A stretch of DNA of 64,000 nt from an uncultured delta proteobacterium (GTDB lineage Bacteria > Desulfobacterota > RBG-13-43-22), in contig CAWJJC010000027.1 in the NCBI GenBank assembly GCA_963843145.1, positions 224,001 to 288,000 of the forward strand, read 5' to 3'. The position numbers and the translations under genes are program-made. Shown here piece after piece: positions 52,171-62,846 of this stretch. The first letter of the stretch is position 1; the number at the start of each line of letters is the position of its first letter. A model generated the notes under the pieces. It was given only the letters and a program-made list of their open reading frames with translations, did not search any database and was not told the DNA's origin.

Positions 52171-54491
52171 TGCTCCTCTTCTTGGCCTGGCCGGTCTTGC
52201 CCGGCGATTCCGGGTACTCGATCCGATGGTGAAAAATACCATTTAAGATTTTATTGAAACTGCCGGCGATCTGATTGAGATCTTTCAAGGTCAACTCACA
52301 TTCATCCAATTGGCCGTCGGCAAAAGCGTTGGTGATGATCTTGCTCACCAGACCTTGAATCCGGGCCGGGGTGGGATCCACCAGGGTTCGAGAAGCCGCC
52401 TCAATGCCATCGGCCAACATGACCAGACCGGCTTCCCGGGTTTGGGGTTTTGGTCCGGGATAGCGAAAATCTACGGTGGAAACCTGAGCGGGATCATCGC
52501 CCTTCAATTCCAGGGCCTTCTGGTAAAAATAGGAAATCAGGCTGGTCCCATGATGTTGCTCGATGATATCGACAATAGGCGATTCCAATTTATAGTGTTT
52601 GGCCATATCCACTCCCTCCTTAATGTGAGAGATCAGGATCAGACTGCTCATGGAAGGGGCCAGTTTCTCATGCTTGTTCTCACCCCCCATTTGGTTTTCA
52701 ATAAAATATAGGGGCTTGGGGGCCTTGCCGATATCGTGGTAGTAGGCGCTCACCCGGGCCAGCAGGGGTTTGGCGCCAATGGCTTCCGCCGCCGCCTCGA
52801 CCATATTGCCGACGATGATACTGTGGTGATAGGTCCCGGGCGCCTGGATCATCAATTCCCGGAGCAAGGGCTGGTCCATGTTGGCCCGTTCCAGCAGGCG
52901 CATATCGGTGGCATAACCGAAGAGTTTTTCCACCAGAGGGCTGAATCCGGTCACTACGATACCGGACAAAACGCCCCCTGAGAAACCCAGGAGCAGGTGG
53001 ACAATGGTTTCCCAAGAAAACAGTCTGGCCCTGCATCAGTTGCAGGGTCAGGGAACTGCCGATGTTCAAGAGGCCCAAATAAAAACCCAGTCGGATCAGG
53101 TCCCAGCGATTGTGGCAAGTGCGTTGACTTTGAGCGGCCCAGAGTCCGGCAATGGCGAAATACAGGGAAAGGCCCGGTCCGACGTCTAAGAACAGGGCCG
53201 TTAAGGAGGACTGAATCAGTGTGAAGAGAATAGCCGGCACCGGCCCCAAAACCAGGCTGACCATCATGGGAGCGGCGGCCAAAGGGATCGCCAGCAAGAA
53301 ATTGCGTGGGGTCATGCCGGGTAGGCCGCCGACAAAAGCCTGGGCGATGAAATCGGCGGTTCGGATCGTCAGGAAGGAAAGGGCCAGCATGATCGTTAGA
53401 AAAATAAGGTCCCGCCAATTATTCAGGTTGGGCTTGAGGCTGTCCACCACCAGGCGAAAAGACATATAGACGAACAGCCCCCAGAGCAGTACCAGGCCTA
53501 AGGAAGTGAGGAAGATATCGAGTCCCTGCTGCTGCTTGAACTGGAGTTGAATTTTGGTCAGGGCCGCCTCGTCGATCTTTTCTCCTTCCCGAACAATAGG
53601 CTCCCCTTTCTTTATCTGAAAAAAAACCGGCCGGGTTTCTTGGAAGGCTTTCGCGCGCCTTTGATCGGTCTCAATTTTATTAAAAAAAAGGTTGGGGACC
53701 ACCAGTTTTTGGGCCAAGGCAATGCTTAATGGCCGCATTCCCCCTCGGGGGCCGGTGAGCAGGTAAGCCGCTTGTTTTTCCAGACGGTCACGGGCCTCGT
53801 TCAGGTCGGGAAATTGCTCCACATCCTTGACCGGCAATTCCCGGCCAAAGGGCAGTTTCCGAACTACAATCCCCCGCTGGTGTTCACTCATCAAGGTAAG
53901 CTTGTTGCCAACTACGCCTACGGCCATGACCGATTGGATCATTTTGGTCAGACCTTCTTCCAGGGAAACTGAAAAGCGGTCTTTGGTCAGGGCTTTGGTT
54001 TCCGACGGGGTCAACTCTATCCCCCAAGCCTTTTCCAGTTTCCCCCGAACCTCATTTCCCGCCAGGCCGGTCTTGCCGGCGCCTTTACTGGCGCTTTCTC
54101 GGAGCAGTTGAAAACCCTGATGGATACGTTGCGTCAAAGCGCTTACCGCCCCCTCGTCGAAATCGTAGACCGCCGGAACGGCATTGGCGGCTTCTTTCTT
54201 TTTTGAATCGGTGGCGTCCTGATCTTCCACCAGCAGATCCTGCTTGGCCTTGATATCATAAGGCGCCACCTCGCCGACCTGGAAATGGTGCGGGGGAATA
54301 AGCAAGCTGGGGGTATTCACGACCATAATGAACAGACAAAGACCGATTAAGAGGATTAATTTCCCCTTAACCAGATCCTGAACCTTGTTCCATTGCTCCA
54401 GGAACCGGTCCTTGGGGGAAATCGGTTCCTTCTCCCACCTACCGGAGATCCGGAAGGATTTGACTTTCTTATCGCGATCAGAGCGTTCCAT
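52070..54491 (-). CDS. 7TM-HDIG phosphodiesterase (PgpH-like), frameshift near 53010
   Basis: Extracellular 7TMR-HDED region, TM helices, 'APGTYHHS', 'YYHDIGK', 'EQHHGT', 'FRYPGPKPQ', 'MLADGIEAA'. Confidence 0.92.
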
Positions 54492-54515
54492 GATTTAGGC
54501 GAATTTCAAAGCGAC

Positions 54516-55505
54516 TTAAAAGCCCTTTCCCCTTTTCTCCCGTTCCTCATAGGCCTGGATGATTTCCTGCACCAAGGGGTGGCGAATAACGTCTTTTTTG
54601 GTGAAATAGATAAAGTCGATGCCCTTGATCCCCTCTAAAACTTTCCGGGCCTCCACCAGCCCCGACATTTTTCCCTCCGGCAAATCAATCTGGGTGACAT
54701 CACCGGTAATAACCGCCTTCGAACTGAACCCCAATCGGGTCAGGAACATTTTCATTTGCTCCGAAGTGGTATTCTGGGCCTCATCCAGGATGACAAAAGA
54801 ATCATTCAGGGTCCGGCCGCGCATAAAGGCCAACGGGGCGACCTCGATGACTCCCCGTTGCACCAGCTTGCTGGCCTTTTCAAAATTCATCATGTCGTGC
54901 AGGGCGTCATAAAGCGGACGAAGGTAGGGATTTACTTTTTCATAAAGATCTCCGGGCAGGAACCCCAGTTTCTCACCGGCTTCCACGGCCGGGCGGGCCA
55001 AAACAATCCGAATCACCTCGTTTTTCATCAACGCCGCCACGGCCATGGACATGGCCAGGTAGGTTTTCCCGGTCCCGGCCGGGCCGATGCCGAAGACGAT
55101 ATCCGTTCTTCGAATGGATTCAATATAATCTTTTTGTCTTTGGGTTTTGGGGGTGATGACCCGTTTTTGCGAAGTCACGTAGACGGTATCCAAGAATACC
55201 GCCTGAAGAGATCCCTGACGGTTTTCCTGCAGGAAGCGAATGGCGAACTCCAGGTCGTTGGGGTAAAGCGGAAATCCTTTTTTTAGGAGCTCATAGAGTT
55301 CCAGAAATAATTTCTCGGCTAAAAGGATATCCGGACTTTCCCCCCTGATTTGGAGGGTATTGCCTCGGGTGGTGATTTTAAGCCCCAGTCGCTCCTCGAC
55401 TAATTTGACGTTGAGATTATGCTCGCCGAATAAGTTCTGGGCGGCCTGGTTATCCTCAAAACTGATCCGGCGGATGGGTTCCTGCTCGGCCATGTCTTTT
55501 TCCAA
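54516..55505 (-). CDS. phoH: PhoH-family ATPase
   Basis: 'GPAGTGKTYLA', 'RPAVEAGEKLGFLPGD', 'PLAFMRGRTL', 'DEAQN', 'TGDVTQIDLP'. Confidence 0.95.
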   Translation of the reverse strand: MEKDMAEQEPIRRISFEDNQAAQNLFGEHNLNVKLVEERLGLKITTRGNTLQIRGESPDILLAEKLFLELYELLKKGFPLYPNDLEFAIRFLQENRQGSLQAVFLDTVYVTSQKRVITPKTQRQKDYIESIRRTDIVFGIGPAGTGKTYLAMSMAVAALMKNEVIRIVLARPAVEAGEKLGFLPGDLYEKVNPYLRPLYDALHDMMNFEKASKLVQRGVIEVAPLAFMRGRTLNDSFVILDEAQNTTSEQMKMFLTRLGFSSKAVITGDVTQIDLPEGKMSGLVEARKVLEGIKGIDFIYFTKKDVIRHPLVQEIIQAYEEREKRGKGF

Positions 55506-55810
55506 GGTTTCCGTGAGTCTTTCCCCCCTTTTGCGGATGCCCGTTCAGGGCCTTGGGTTTTCCCGATAAATCGTTTTTATTATACCATCTTTTCTGCTTT
55601 CCCAACATTTTTTTCTACCCGGCTCTTTTTCGCAATCTTATGAATTTACTTGACTATTGATTTCTCCTTTGCTACCACCTTCTATAGACACTTTTCTTGT
55701 TCCATGGTTAGCTTCTTACTCCATTGTTCTGAGAATTTGTCTTTGAATCTGTTAAGTGGTTTTTATTACAGCCAAAAATATTTTAAATACTTTTTGGCTA
55801 GGGGTTACTC

Positions 55811-56389
55811 ATGAACCTGCTCGACTTGGCCATCCTGATTATCGTAGTTCTAATTGCCGTTCGAGGCTTTTATCGCGGGATCATCCAAGAGGCCGCCACC
55901 CTTCTCGGAATTATCGCCAGCTTCTTCCTGGCTTTTTATTATTACAACGATTTGGCCCACTTTCTGTTTCGTTTTACTCAAAATTACCTGGTAACGCTTT
56001 ATTTTTTCTCATTCTTCCTTCTTCTCGCCTTGAGTTTTTTTCTATTCCGGGCCTTTGGGCTCCTGATAAAAAAGATAACTCAACTCACCCTCTTCGGTTG
56101 GGTGGATCGGGCCCTGGGTGGATTATTCGGCCTGATCAAGGGAATAGTCGTGGTGTTTTTCTTGGTTACCCTGTTGGCCCTGCTCCTGCCCAAGCAGCAT
56201 TCGATCATCAACCAGTCCCTTTTTTTCCCCTGGGTGATCTCCCTGACCGATCGAATCACCCTGCTCGTCCCCGGCAAAATAACGGAGGACTTCGTTCGGA
56301 AGAAAAAAGAACTTCGGGAGTATTGGGAAGAAAAACAACGACTCCTCAAAAGCAAGCCGAAATACCCCGATTATGACAATTCCCGATAA
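55811..56389 (+). CDS. cvpA: CvpA/colicin V production family membrane protein
   Basis: 'MNLLD..RGFYRGIIQE', 'DRALGGLFGLIKG'. Confidence 0.9.
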   Translation: MNLLDLAILIIVVLIAVRGFYRGIIQEAATLLGIIASFFLAFYYYNDLAHFLFRFTQNYLVTLYFFSFFLLLALSFFLFRAFGLLIKKITQLTLFGWVDRALGGLFGLIKGIVVVFFLVTLLALLLPKQHSIINQSLFFPWVISLTDRITLLVPGKITEDFVRKKKELREYWEEKQRLLKSKPKYPDYDNSR

Positions 56390-57161
56390 GCCGCCAGTCG
56401 GACTTGAGGATCTTCGAGAACTCCTGGCCCGCCTGCGAGGTCCCCAGGGTTGCCCCTGGGACCGGAAGCAGGACCCGGAAAGCCTAAAAATCTATCTTCT
56501 GGAAGAGACCTACGAATTGGCCGAGGCCCTGGATCGGGAAGCCCCCCAAGATATCTGTGAAGAATTGGGAGATCTCCTCTTTTTGATGGTGTTTATCTGC
56601 CGGATCTATGAAGAACGAGGGGTCTTTGACCTCTCTGAAGTTATGGAAAAGATCCAGGAGAAGATGATCCGCCGTCACCCCCACGTTTTTGGCGAGGCGC
56701 GGTGGCGCAAAGCGGAAGAGGTGGTCCAGGGTTGGCAGGGGCTAAAGGCCGAAGAAAAACCCGACCAAAGTCCCTTTGATTCCATCCCGGCAGCCCTGCC
56801 CAGCCTGTTGAAGGCCCATCGTATTTCCCAGCGGGCGGCCGGCTTAGGCTTTGACTGGCCTGATATTCGCGGCGTTCTGGAAAAGGTGCACGAGGAATTG
56901 GGGGAGTTGGAGGAGGCCATCGAAGGTCCTGACCCGTCCGCGGCCCGGGAAGAACTCGGGGACCTGCTCTTCGCCCTGGTAAACCTGGGAAGATTTTTAG
57001 GCATCCATACTGAAAATGCCCTCAGAAGTGCGAACCGCAAATTTTTAACGCGATTTCTGCGTCTGCTGGCTGACCCGGAATATATAGGAAAAAATTCCCA
57101 GTCCCTGACTCCGGAAGACTGGGAAAACCTCTGGAACCGAACCAAGTCCCGCCCGGATTAA
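56373..57161 (+). CDS. mazG: Nucleoside triphosphate pyrophosphohydrolase
   Basis: 'LRGPQGCPWDRKQ', 'EETYE', 'EELGDLL', 'RRHPHVF', 'GFDW'. Confidence 0.95.
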   Translation: MTIPDKPPVGLEDLRELLARLRGPQGCPWDRKQDPESLKIYLLEETYELAEALDREAPQDICEELGDLLFLMVFICRIYEERGVFDLSEVMEKIQEKMIRRHPHVFGEARWRKAEEVVQGWQGLKAEEKPDQSPFDSIPAALPSLLKAHRISQRAAGLGFDWPDIRGVLEKVHEELGELEEAIEGPDPSAAREELGDLLFALVNLGRFLGIHTENALRSANRKFLTRFLRLLADPEYIGKNSQSLTPEDWENLWNRTKSRPD

Positions 57162-57412
57162 CCCTTTCCGCTGCCCTAAGGGGCTTGCCCATTTTGAAGG
57201 TACGATAAGATCAAGCCGCTTATGAACTGCGACGAAGCGAACAATCCCCCAGTCGAGCTTGGGGAACGTTGTACCCAATTGGGGATTGATTGTCATTACT
57301 CTCATCGCAATGACTGGGGGTCTGTTATTTACATGCTTCGCGGGCGCCCCGCGGGGTAGAGGGGTTTAATCCAAAACCGGTTCCTTGAACTTTGATGAGC
57401 CCGTTAGGCCAA

Positions 57413-59824
57413 CTAAACCCGAAATTCAAAAATCCAGACCCGGTCCTGATGATACAGCAGCCGCATCCGGGGATTTGCGCTTAGCCCGGAAATTCCATAA
57501 AGACTATCCTGCCCGGATTTCTGCCCGATATAAATATGGGTGAGTCCCCTTTTTTTTATTTCGTTGATCACTTCCGGACTACTAAGCCCCTGTTTCGCTA
57601 TCAGGCGGGGCAGGGCATTGACCCAGGATACATAATCCGGACGTGGACCGGTTTCCGATCCGTAATTCAGCGGGGGGAGCATCGTCTTCCGATCGGCCAA
57701 CAGAGGCAACCACCAACCGCCGTCTACACCCACAATCATGGTATCATCGTAGGCAAAGGCGGAATTCACCAGAAATCGGGCCTCTTTCGGGAGGTGCTGA
57801 TCGATCCAAGTGTAGGCCCTCATGTCGGAACGAGTGGCTAGGGAGTGTTTGATCCTCTCCACTTCGTTAAGCCGTTTCCCAGCCCCCCAGAGGCCCAGCC
57901 CGATACAGAGCATTACGGCGAGATAAGTCCCGGCGGATCGCCTCCCCCGGATCCGGGATTCCAGGATCGTGCCGGCCCAGATCCCAATGATTACGGCCGC
58001 CGGAATATAAACGGCGATCATGACGGCAAAACTGCTCAGAGTTCCCGCCCCCGGCAAGCCCAGCCATTGGGGATTGGCCGCCAAAACTACCCAGAACCAC
58101 CAGAGCCCCAGTAAAGCGATGCCCTTTTCTCTCCGCCATAACCCGATTCCCAGGGCCAAGGCCAACAGCAGCCAACCCTTAACTGGAAGATAGACCCGCA
58201 AATCACCGATGGCATTGTATCCCCTGGTCCAGTCGGATAATTTTTGGGGCGAGGTCGTTACCTGGTAAGAAAAAATCGATAAAATTTTTCCGGAAAAGAC
58301 ATGAATAAACCAGGGAAGGAAAATAATCCCCGCTCCCGCGCCGATCAAAAGAATCCTCTGTAAAGCGGGCCAGCTTTTCCTTTTGTCCGTTTCCAGGAGA
58401 TAATAGGACACCAGGAAAAACAGGAAAAAAATTAATACGCGATAGTGGGTCAAGGCCAGTCCCCCTAAGGTCAGCCAGGCCAGGAAAAGCACCGGCCAAA
58501 CCCGCTCGCGATTTTTAAGCCCTACCCAGGCCAACACCACCATGGCCGGCAAAATGGTTTGACCGGCAAGCTGGGTGTAACGACCCCAATTGACGTACCC
58601 CATGGGCAAAGGGAAGAGGAGCCCGGCCAACAGAACCGATCCTACCCCCGCCCAGCGGTTGCCCGTAAACCGAAAGGCCAGGGGATAGAGACTGACCACT
58701 GCCAGGCCATTCATTATTTGCCCCAGCCAAAGCGTAGCCCGCTCCAAAGTCCATCCGGTCGCCCAATGAAGTACCGCCGCGTTGGCATGAAAACCAAAAT
58801 GGTAAGTAAAGGATTGCATTTCCGCGTAGGGTTCCCAGGAATTAAAGAGCCCCCCGTGGTCCGTAATCAGTCGGGCAATCATGGTATGCTGCAAAGAATC
58901 CCCCCAGAGAGGGATGGCCAGAGTGCGTATGGCGTAAAAACGAACGAAGAAAACGATAGCCAGGAGTATAACCAGAGCGATATCCGGCGCTGGGGCCTCG
59001 GAATGACGCCAGGTCCTCCAGGACGCGGCCCAATGGGCCGGCCGCCAACCGCGGTTAACATAAATAAGGGCCGCCAGGGAACCGGTTAGGGTAATCCAGA
59101 CCAGACCGGCTCCGAGATAAATCCCCAGCAGATTCGTCCAGAGCAGGAATACCGGATAAAGGGCCAAACTAATCCCTGCGGCTACCCCAAGTTTCTCCGC
59201 CCAGGAATGCAGTTGTAACCTGGAACCGAATAAGGAGATCAAGGACCATCCGGGAAGTACATAAAGGAGCAGAGCGATCCCCATGATCCCCAGCCAATTG
59301 ACCGCTTCCTGCATCAGGCCCCAGATCAACAAGGCGGGATCGTAGGCTAACCGAAAGACCAATTGAGCGTCCTGCGGTTGGTCATTTTGATAAAGGGCGC
59401 CCTCGAGGTAGCTTTCTCCCGGTCCGACCTCCATTTCCAATCGACCTTCACCGATCACCCGGCACTTCAAATAATAATCTCGGAGGCTTGAATGGTCTTG
59501 GGGTGGAAAAGTAAAACGATAAAACCCGGGGTTGGATATCCGGGCGAAGGGGATCTCACTCTTGACGATTTCTTTTGGATCAACGGGACTGCCGCTAAGC
59601 GAGATTTGAATAGAACCGGATCTGAGGTCCGCCGGTTTCAAAAAAAGGTCAATCGCCAAAAGTCCGTCATGCCAGGAGGTGAAGGTTTGACCGACTTCCT
59701 GATTTTTTGAAACCATCCTCGTTCCGCTGGCTTGAGGCTGCCCCCAGCCGGATAGCGGGGAGCAACCGCAGACAACGATGAGCAGGCAACCGAGGAGGGA
59801 GACCACCGGCCAGCGCGGTTTCAT
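57413..59824 (-). CDS. Polytopic membrane protein, GT-C-like glycosyltransferase candidate
   Basis: Many TM helices; 'WGDSLQH', 'YHFGFH', 'WGRYTQL', 'GVDGGWW'. Confidence 0.7.
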   Translation of the reverse strand: MKPRWPVVSLLGCLLIVVCGCSPLSGWGQPQASGTRMVSKNQEVGQTFTSWHDGLLAIDLFLKPADLRSGSIQISLSGSPVDPKEIVKSEIPFARISNPGFYRFTFPPQDHSSLRDYYLKCRVIGEGRLEMEVGPGESYLEGALYQNDQPQDAQLVFRLAYDPALLIWGLMQEAVNWLGIMGIALLLYVLPGWSLISLFGSRLQLHSWAEKLGVAAGISLALYPVFLLWTNLLGIYLGAGLVWITLTGSLAALIYVNRGWRPAHWAASWRTWRHSEAPAPDIALVILLAIVFFVRFYAIRTLAIPLWGDSLQHTMIARLITDHGGLFNSWEPYAEMQSFTYHFGFHANAAVLHWATGWTLERATLWLGQIMNGLAVVSLYPLAFRFTGNRWAGVGSVLLAGLLFPLPMGYVNWGRYTQLAGQTILPAMVVLAWVGLKNRERVWPVLFLAWLTLGGLALTHYRVLIFFLFFLVSYYLLETDKRKSWPALQRILLIGAGAGIIFLPWFIHVFSGKILSIFSYQVTTSPQKLSDWTRGYNAIGDLRVYLPVKGWLLLALALGIGLWRREKGIALLGLWWFWVVLAANPQWLGLPGAGTLSSFAVMIAVYIPAAVIIGIWAGTILESRIRGRRSAGTYLAVMLCIGLGLWGAGKRLNEVERIKHSLATRSDMRAYTWIDQHLPKEARFLVNSAFAYDDTMIVGVDGGWWLPLLADRKTMLPPLNYGSETGPRPDYVSWVNALPRLIAKQGLSSPEVINEIKKRGLTHIYIGQKSGQDSLYGISGLSANPRMRLLYHQDRVWIFEFRV

Positions 59825-59825
59825 T

Positions 59826-60812
59826 TTACGATTCGTCGGAGGCAGGCCCTGTTCGGTCCAGGGATTCCCGATTCTGAGGGAGGTCCATTCTTTTTAAACG
59901 ATAATTTACTTCTTCCAGTATTTTCCGGTTGGACCCGATCAGATCAGCCAGGAGTCCGATCAACAGAACCTGAAATCCCACGATCAGCAGGATGGCCGCG
60001 AGGATTACCGACTGGACATGTCCCCCACCCTGGCCGTGGAGGTAAAAATACAGATAACGGAACCCGAAAAGAAACCCTCCCAGGAGCAACAGCAAGCCTC
60101 CCAGGGAAAACACCCGCAGGGGACGATAGGTGGTATAGGCCCGGATGATGGTCGCCGTGGAATACCCCAGATAGTGGGAGAGGTTACGCATCAATCGCGA
60201 AGGACGTGTGGGAGCGTTCACTCCGATCGGAACATAGGCCACGGCCATCTTGCGCGCCCCGGCCTGGATTAACGTTTCCAGGGTATAGGAGTATTCGCTC
60301 AAGACCACGGTCCGCAAGGCCCCTTCCCGGCTGAGGGCGCGGAAACCGCTGGTGGCATCGGGGATGGATATACCGGCGGCCTTTTCCACTACCCAGCTTC
60401 CGAACTGCTGGAGCCGTCGTTTAGGCCAGGGAAAGGATTTCAATTGCCCCACCCCGCGGTCGCCGATCACCAGATCGGCCTTTCCCTCCAGGATAGGCTC
60501 AAGGAGACGGGCTATATCTTCTCCCCGGTACTGGTTGTCGGCATCGGTATTCACAATCACCTCGGCACCCAGGGAGAGGGCGGCCTCCAATCCAGCCACA
60601 TAGGCCTTAGCCAGGCCTTTGTGCCTTTTCAGTTTGACGATATGGCGAATCCCCAAGGCCTCGGCCACAGCCACGGTTCGGTCGCTGCTCCCGTCATCGA
60701 TCAGCAAATAATCCACTTCCCCCCCGCCCGGGAGCGCCCGGGGAAGGTCTTTCCAGGTGCCCGGCAGGGTTTTTTCTTCATTATAACATGGGATCTGGAT
60801 TATGATTTTCAT
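59826..60812 (-). CDS. GT2 glycosyltransferase (polyprenol-phosphate sugar transferase-like) with C-terminal TMs
   Basis: 'IPCYNEE', 'IDDGSSD', 'TDADNQY', 'DATSGFRA'. Confidence 0.9.
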   Translation of the reverse strand: MKIIIQIPCYNEEKTLPGTWKDLPRALPGGGEVDYLLIDDGSSDRTVAVAEALGIRHIVKLKRHKGLAKAYVAGLEAALSLGAEVIVNTDADNQYRGEDIARLLEPILEGKADLVIGDRGVGQLKSFPWPKRRLQQFGSWVVEKAAGISIPDATSGFRALSREGALRTVVLSEYSYTLETLIQAGARKMAVAYVPIGVNAPTRPSRLMRNLSHYLGYSTATIIRAYTTYRPLRVFSLGGLLLLLGGFLFGFRYLYFYLHGQGGGHVQSVILAAILLIVGFQVLLIGLLADLIGSNRKILEEVNYRLKRMDLPQNRESLDRTGPASDES

Positions 60813-60976
60813 TTGAACTCCCATGCCCGCGGGACGGACACCCCAAGGCATGAAAATAATCCTAGTTTTCATTATTCGCAGGACTGGCCTTACCAAAGAC
60901 CACTTCGTCGTTCGAAATTCGGTGTTCGATATTCGAAATTCTTATTTATCTACATACTCCCTATCTGTTTAATATG

Positions 60977-62818
60977 TCAAGTAATTTTAAAAATGTAGAC
61001 TTGGCCGTCATGGTACTCCATTTTCAACCCGGGACAGGTCAGCAAAGATTCCGGAGTCAAAGTCTCGGCGCCCGAATGGGAATAAATGTGGGTGATGCCT
61101 TCTTCCCGGATCATACGCCACCAGCCGGGTTCGCCGGGGCCGATTTGCAGCGTTTCCGCGGCCCGCCGGTTAACTTCCTCTATCAATTCTTTTTTTCCAA
61201 AACCATAAATAAGGGGGGGGAGCGAGGTCCAGCGACCGGTCAGCGGCGTGATCCACCAGCCCCCGTCCGTTCCCCGGTAAAGGTTCCACTCCCAGGGAGT
61301 CACACCGATTAGAAATCGGCTCTCCGGCGGGGTCTTTTCCTTTATCCAGCGGATGGCCCGAAGATCATCCCTTCCGGCAAAAATGGTATCCGGGCGGATA
61401 ATACTGGCCGTCTCCACCAGCCCCCAAAGGCAAAAGAGACCGAGGATCAGCAGGCCGATCTTCTCCGCCTTCTTTCCCTTCCCCGTCGGAGAGAACCGAG
61501 CCAGTAGTTCAAAGGCCCCGTGACAGACTGTCAGGCAGGCCGGCAAGAACAAAACGATGGCAAAATGGTCCGGACGAAAGGGAAAAAGGCGAAATCCCCA
61601 GGACAGGATCCCCAGACCCAAGATCAGTCCCCAGACCGTTATGGCCCGCAGGCGCGAATCCCGGAGAGCCCAGAAACACCCCAACAGCGCCCCGGCCAAC
61701 AAGAAATAATTTCTCCAGGGACCGAGCAGATGGAAAAGATACTCCACATAGCCTGGGAAATAAATTTGGTCCATTGACGGCCCGGAGGGGGCTAACGTCA
61801 GCCCGACGTATTTTTCGGCCGAACTCCGGATGGTCAGCAGCCAAGGGGTAATCAAAAGCAGTCCTCCCAGGAGACCGGCCAGCGGGGCCAGGAGAACCCG
61901 ATCCCAGCGGCCTTTCCCGGCGAAGGCCCAACCGATTCCTTCCCCGAAAAATACCAGGACGAAGAGCAGGAAGAGAAAACCGGCGAAGTAGTGGGCCAGC
62001 ACCGTGCCGGCCACCAGAATCATTTGGAAAACAATCTTGAACAAATCCCGGTCGGACTCGCGGTTTTCCAGAAGGGCCGCCATGGCTAAAGGAAGCAGCA
62101 CCAGTCCGCTGATCAGGGTATACCGTCCCCAGGTGGCATAGTACGCCGGCATCTGGGAAACGAGGGCACTGAGCAAGGCTGCCACCGCGGCCCGGCGCGG
62201 ATCGCTCCAGACCACCCGACCCAGCGCATAGATGGAAAGAGAGATGGCGGCATTTAAAACCTGGCCCATCACCAAGACGGCCTTTTCCAAAGGCAACCCG
62301 GAGATCCCGGCAAATAAAGCCGTCACCACGTGGAATCCAAAATGATAATAAAAAGGTACCGGAAGATAGGGGTTTAAGTCAGTCGGCAGAATACCGGTTT
62401 CCATAATTTTCCGAACGATCAGCGCATGATGGGGGGCATCCACCCAGGGGGGAAAAGCCAGTCCTCTGACCTGAAAAAAGCGCCAGGCGATCAGGGCCCC
62501 CAACGGGGCGATTAAGGCTAGCGTCCGGCTGTTTAGCCTCGGAAGGTACCCGTTCACCAGCCAACCCGTCAGGGCCGTCCCTGCCGCGACCGCATAAAGA
62601 ACCAGCACTCCCCGGCCGGAGAGGGCCCATTGGAATTCAAAAAGAGTCAAGGCCAAAAGAGCGGTCAGGGAAAAGCTCAGGCCCAGGGCCAAAGCCAGGC
62701 GCTGCAGGAGGTCTTTTTGCGGCTCGGGCCGCCAGGCGAGCAAGGCGTACCCAGGAAGGACTAATACCAGCAGGGCGGCCGAGAGGCTTCGTCCAAAGAT
62801 CAGGATCGAGGACTCCAA
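60977..62818 (-). CDS. Polytopic membrane protein, paralogue of 57413-59824
   Basis: 'WVDAPHH', 'YHFGFH', 'WGRYTL', 'GTDGGWW'. Confidence 0.7.
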   Translation of the reverse strand: MESSILIFGRSLSAALLVLVLPGYALLAWRPEPQKDLLQRLALALGLSFSLTALLALTLFEFQWALSGRGVLVLYAVAAGTALTGWLVNGYLPRLNSRTLALIAPLGALIAWRFFQVRGLAFPPWVDAPHHALIVRKIMETGILPTDLNPYLPVPFYYHFGFHVVTALFAGISGLPLEKAVLVMGQVLNAAISLSIYALGRVVWSDPRRAAVAALLSALVSQMPAYYATWGRYTLISGLVLLPLAMAALLENRESDRDLFKIVFQMILVAGTVLAHYFAGFLFLLFVLVFFGEGIGWAFAGKGRWDRVLLAPLAGLLGGLLLITPWLLTIRSSAEKYVGLTLAPSGPSMDQIYFPGYVEYLFHLLGPWRNYFLLAGALLGCFWALRDSRLRAITVWGLILGLGILSWGFRLFPFRPDHFAIVLFLPACLTVCHGAFELLARFSPTGKGKKAEKIGLLILGLFCLWGLVETASIIRPDTIFAGRDDLRAIRWIKEKTPPESRFLIGVTPWEWNLYRGTDGGWWITPLTGRWTSLPPLIYGFGKKELIEEVNRRAAETLQIGPGEPGWWRMIREEGITHIYSHSGAETLTPESLLTCPGLKMEYHDGQVYIFKIT

Positions 62819-62846
62819 AGGGTTCCTCTATCCGCTGGATTCGGCT

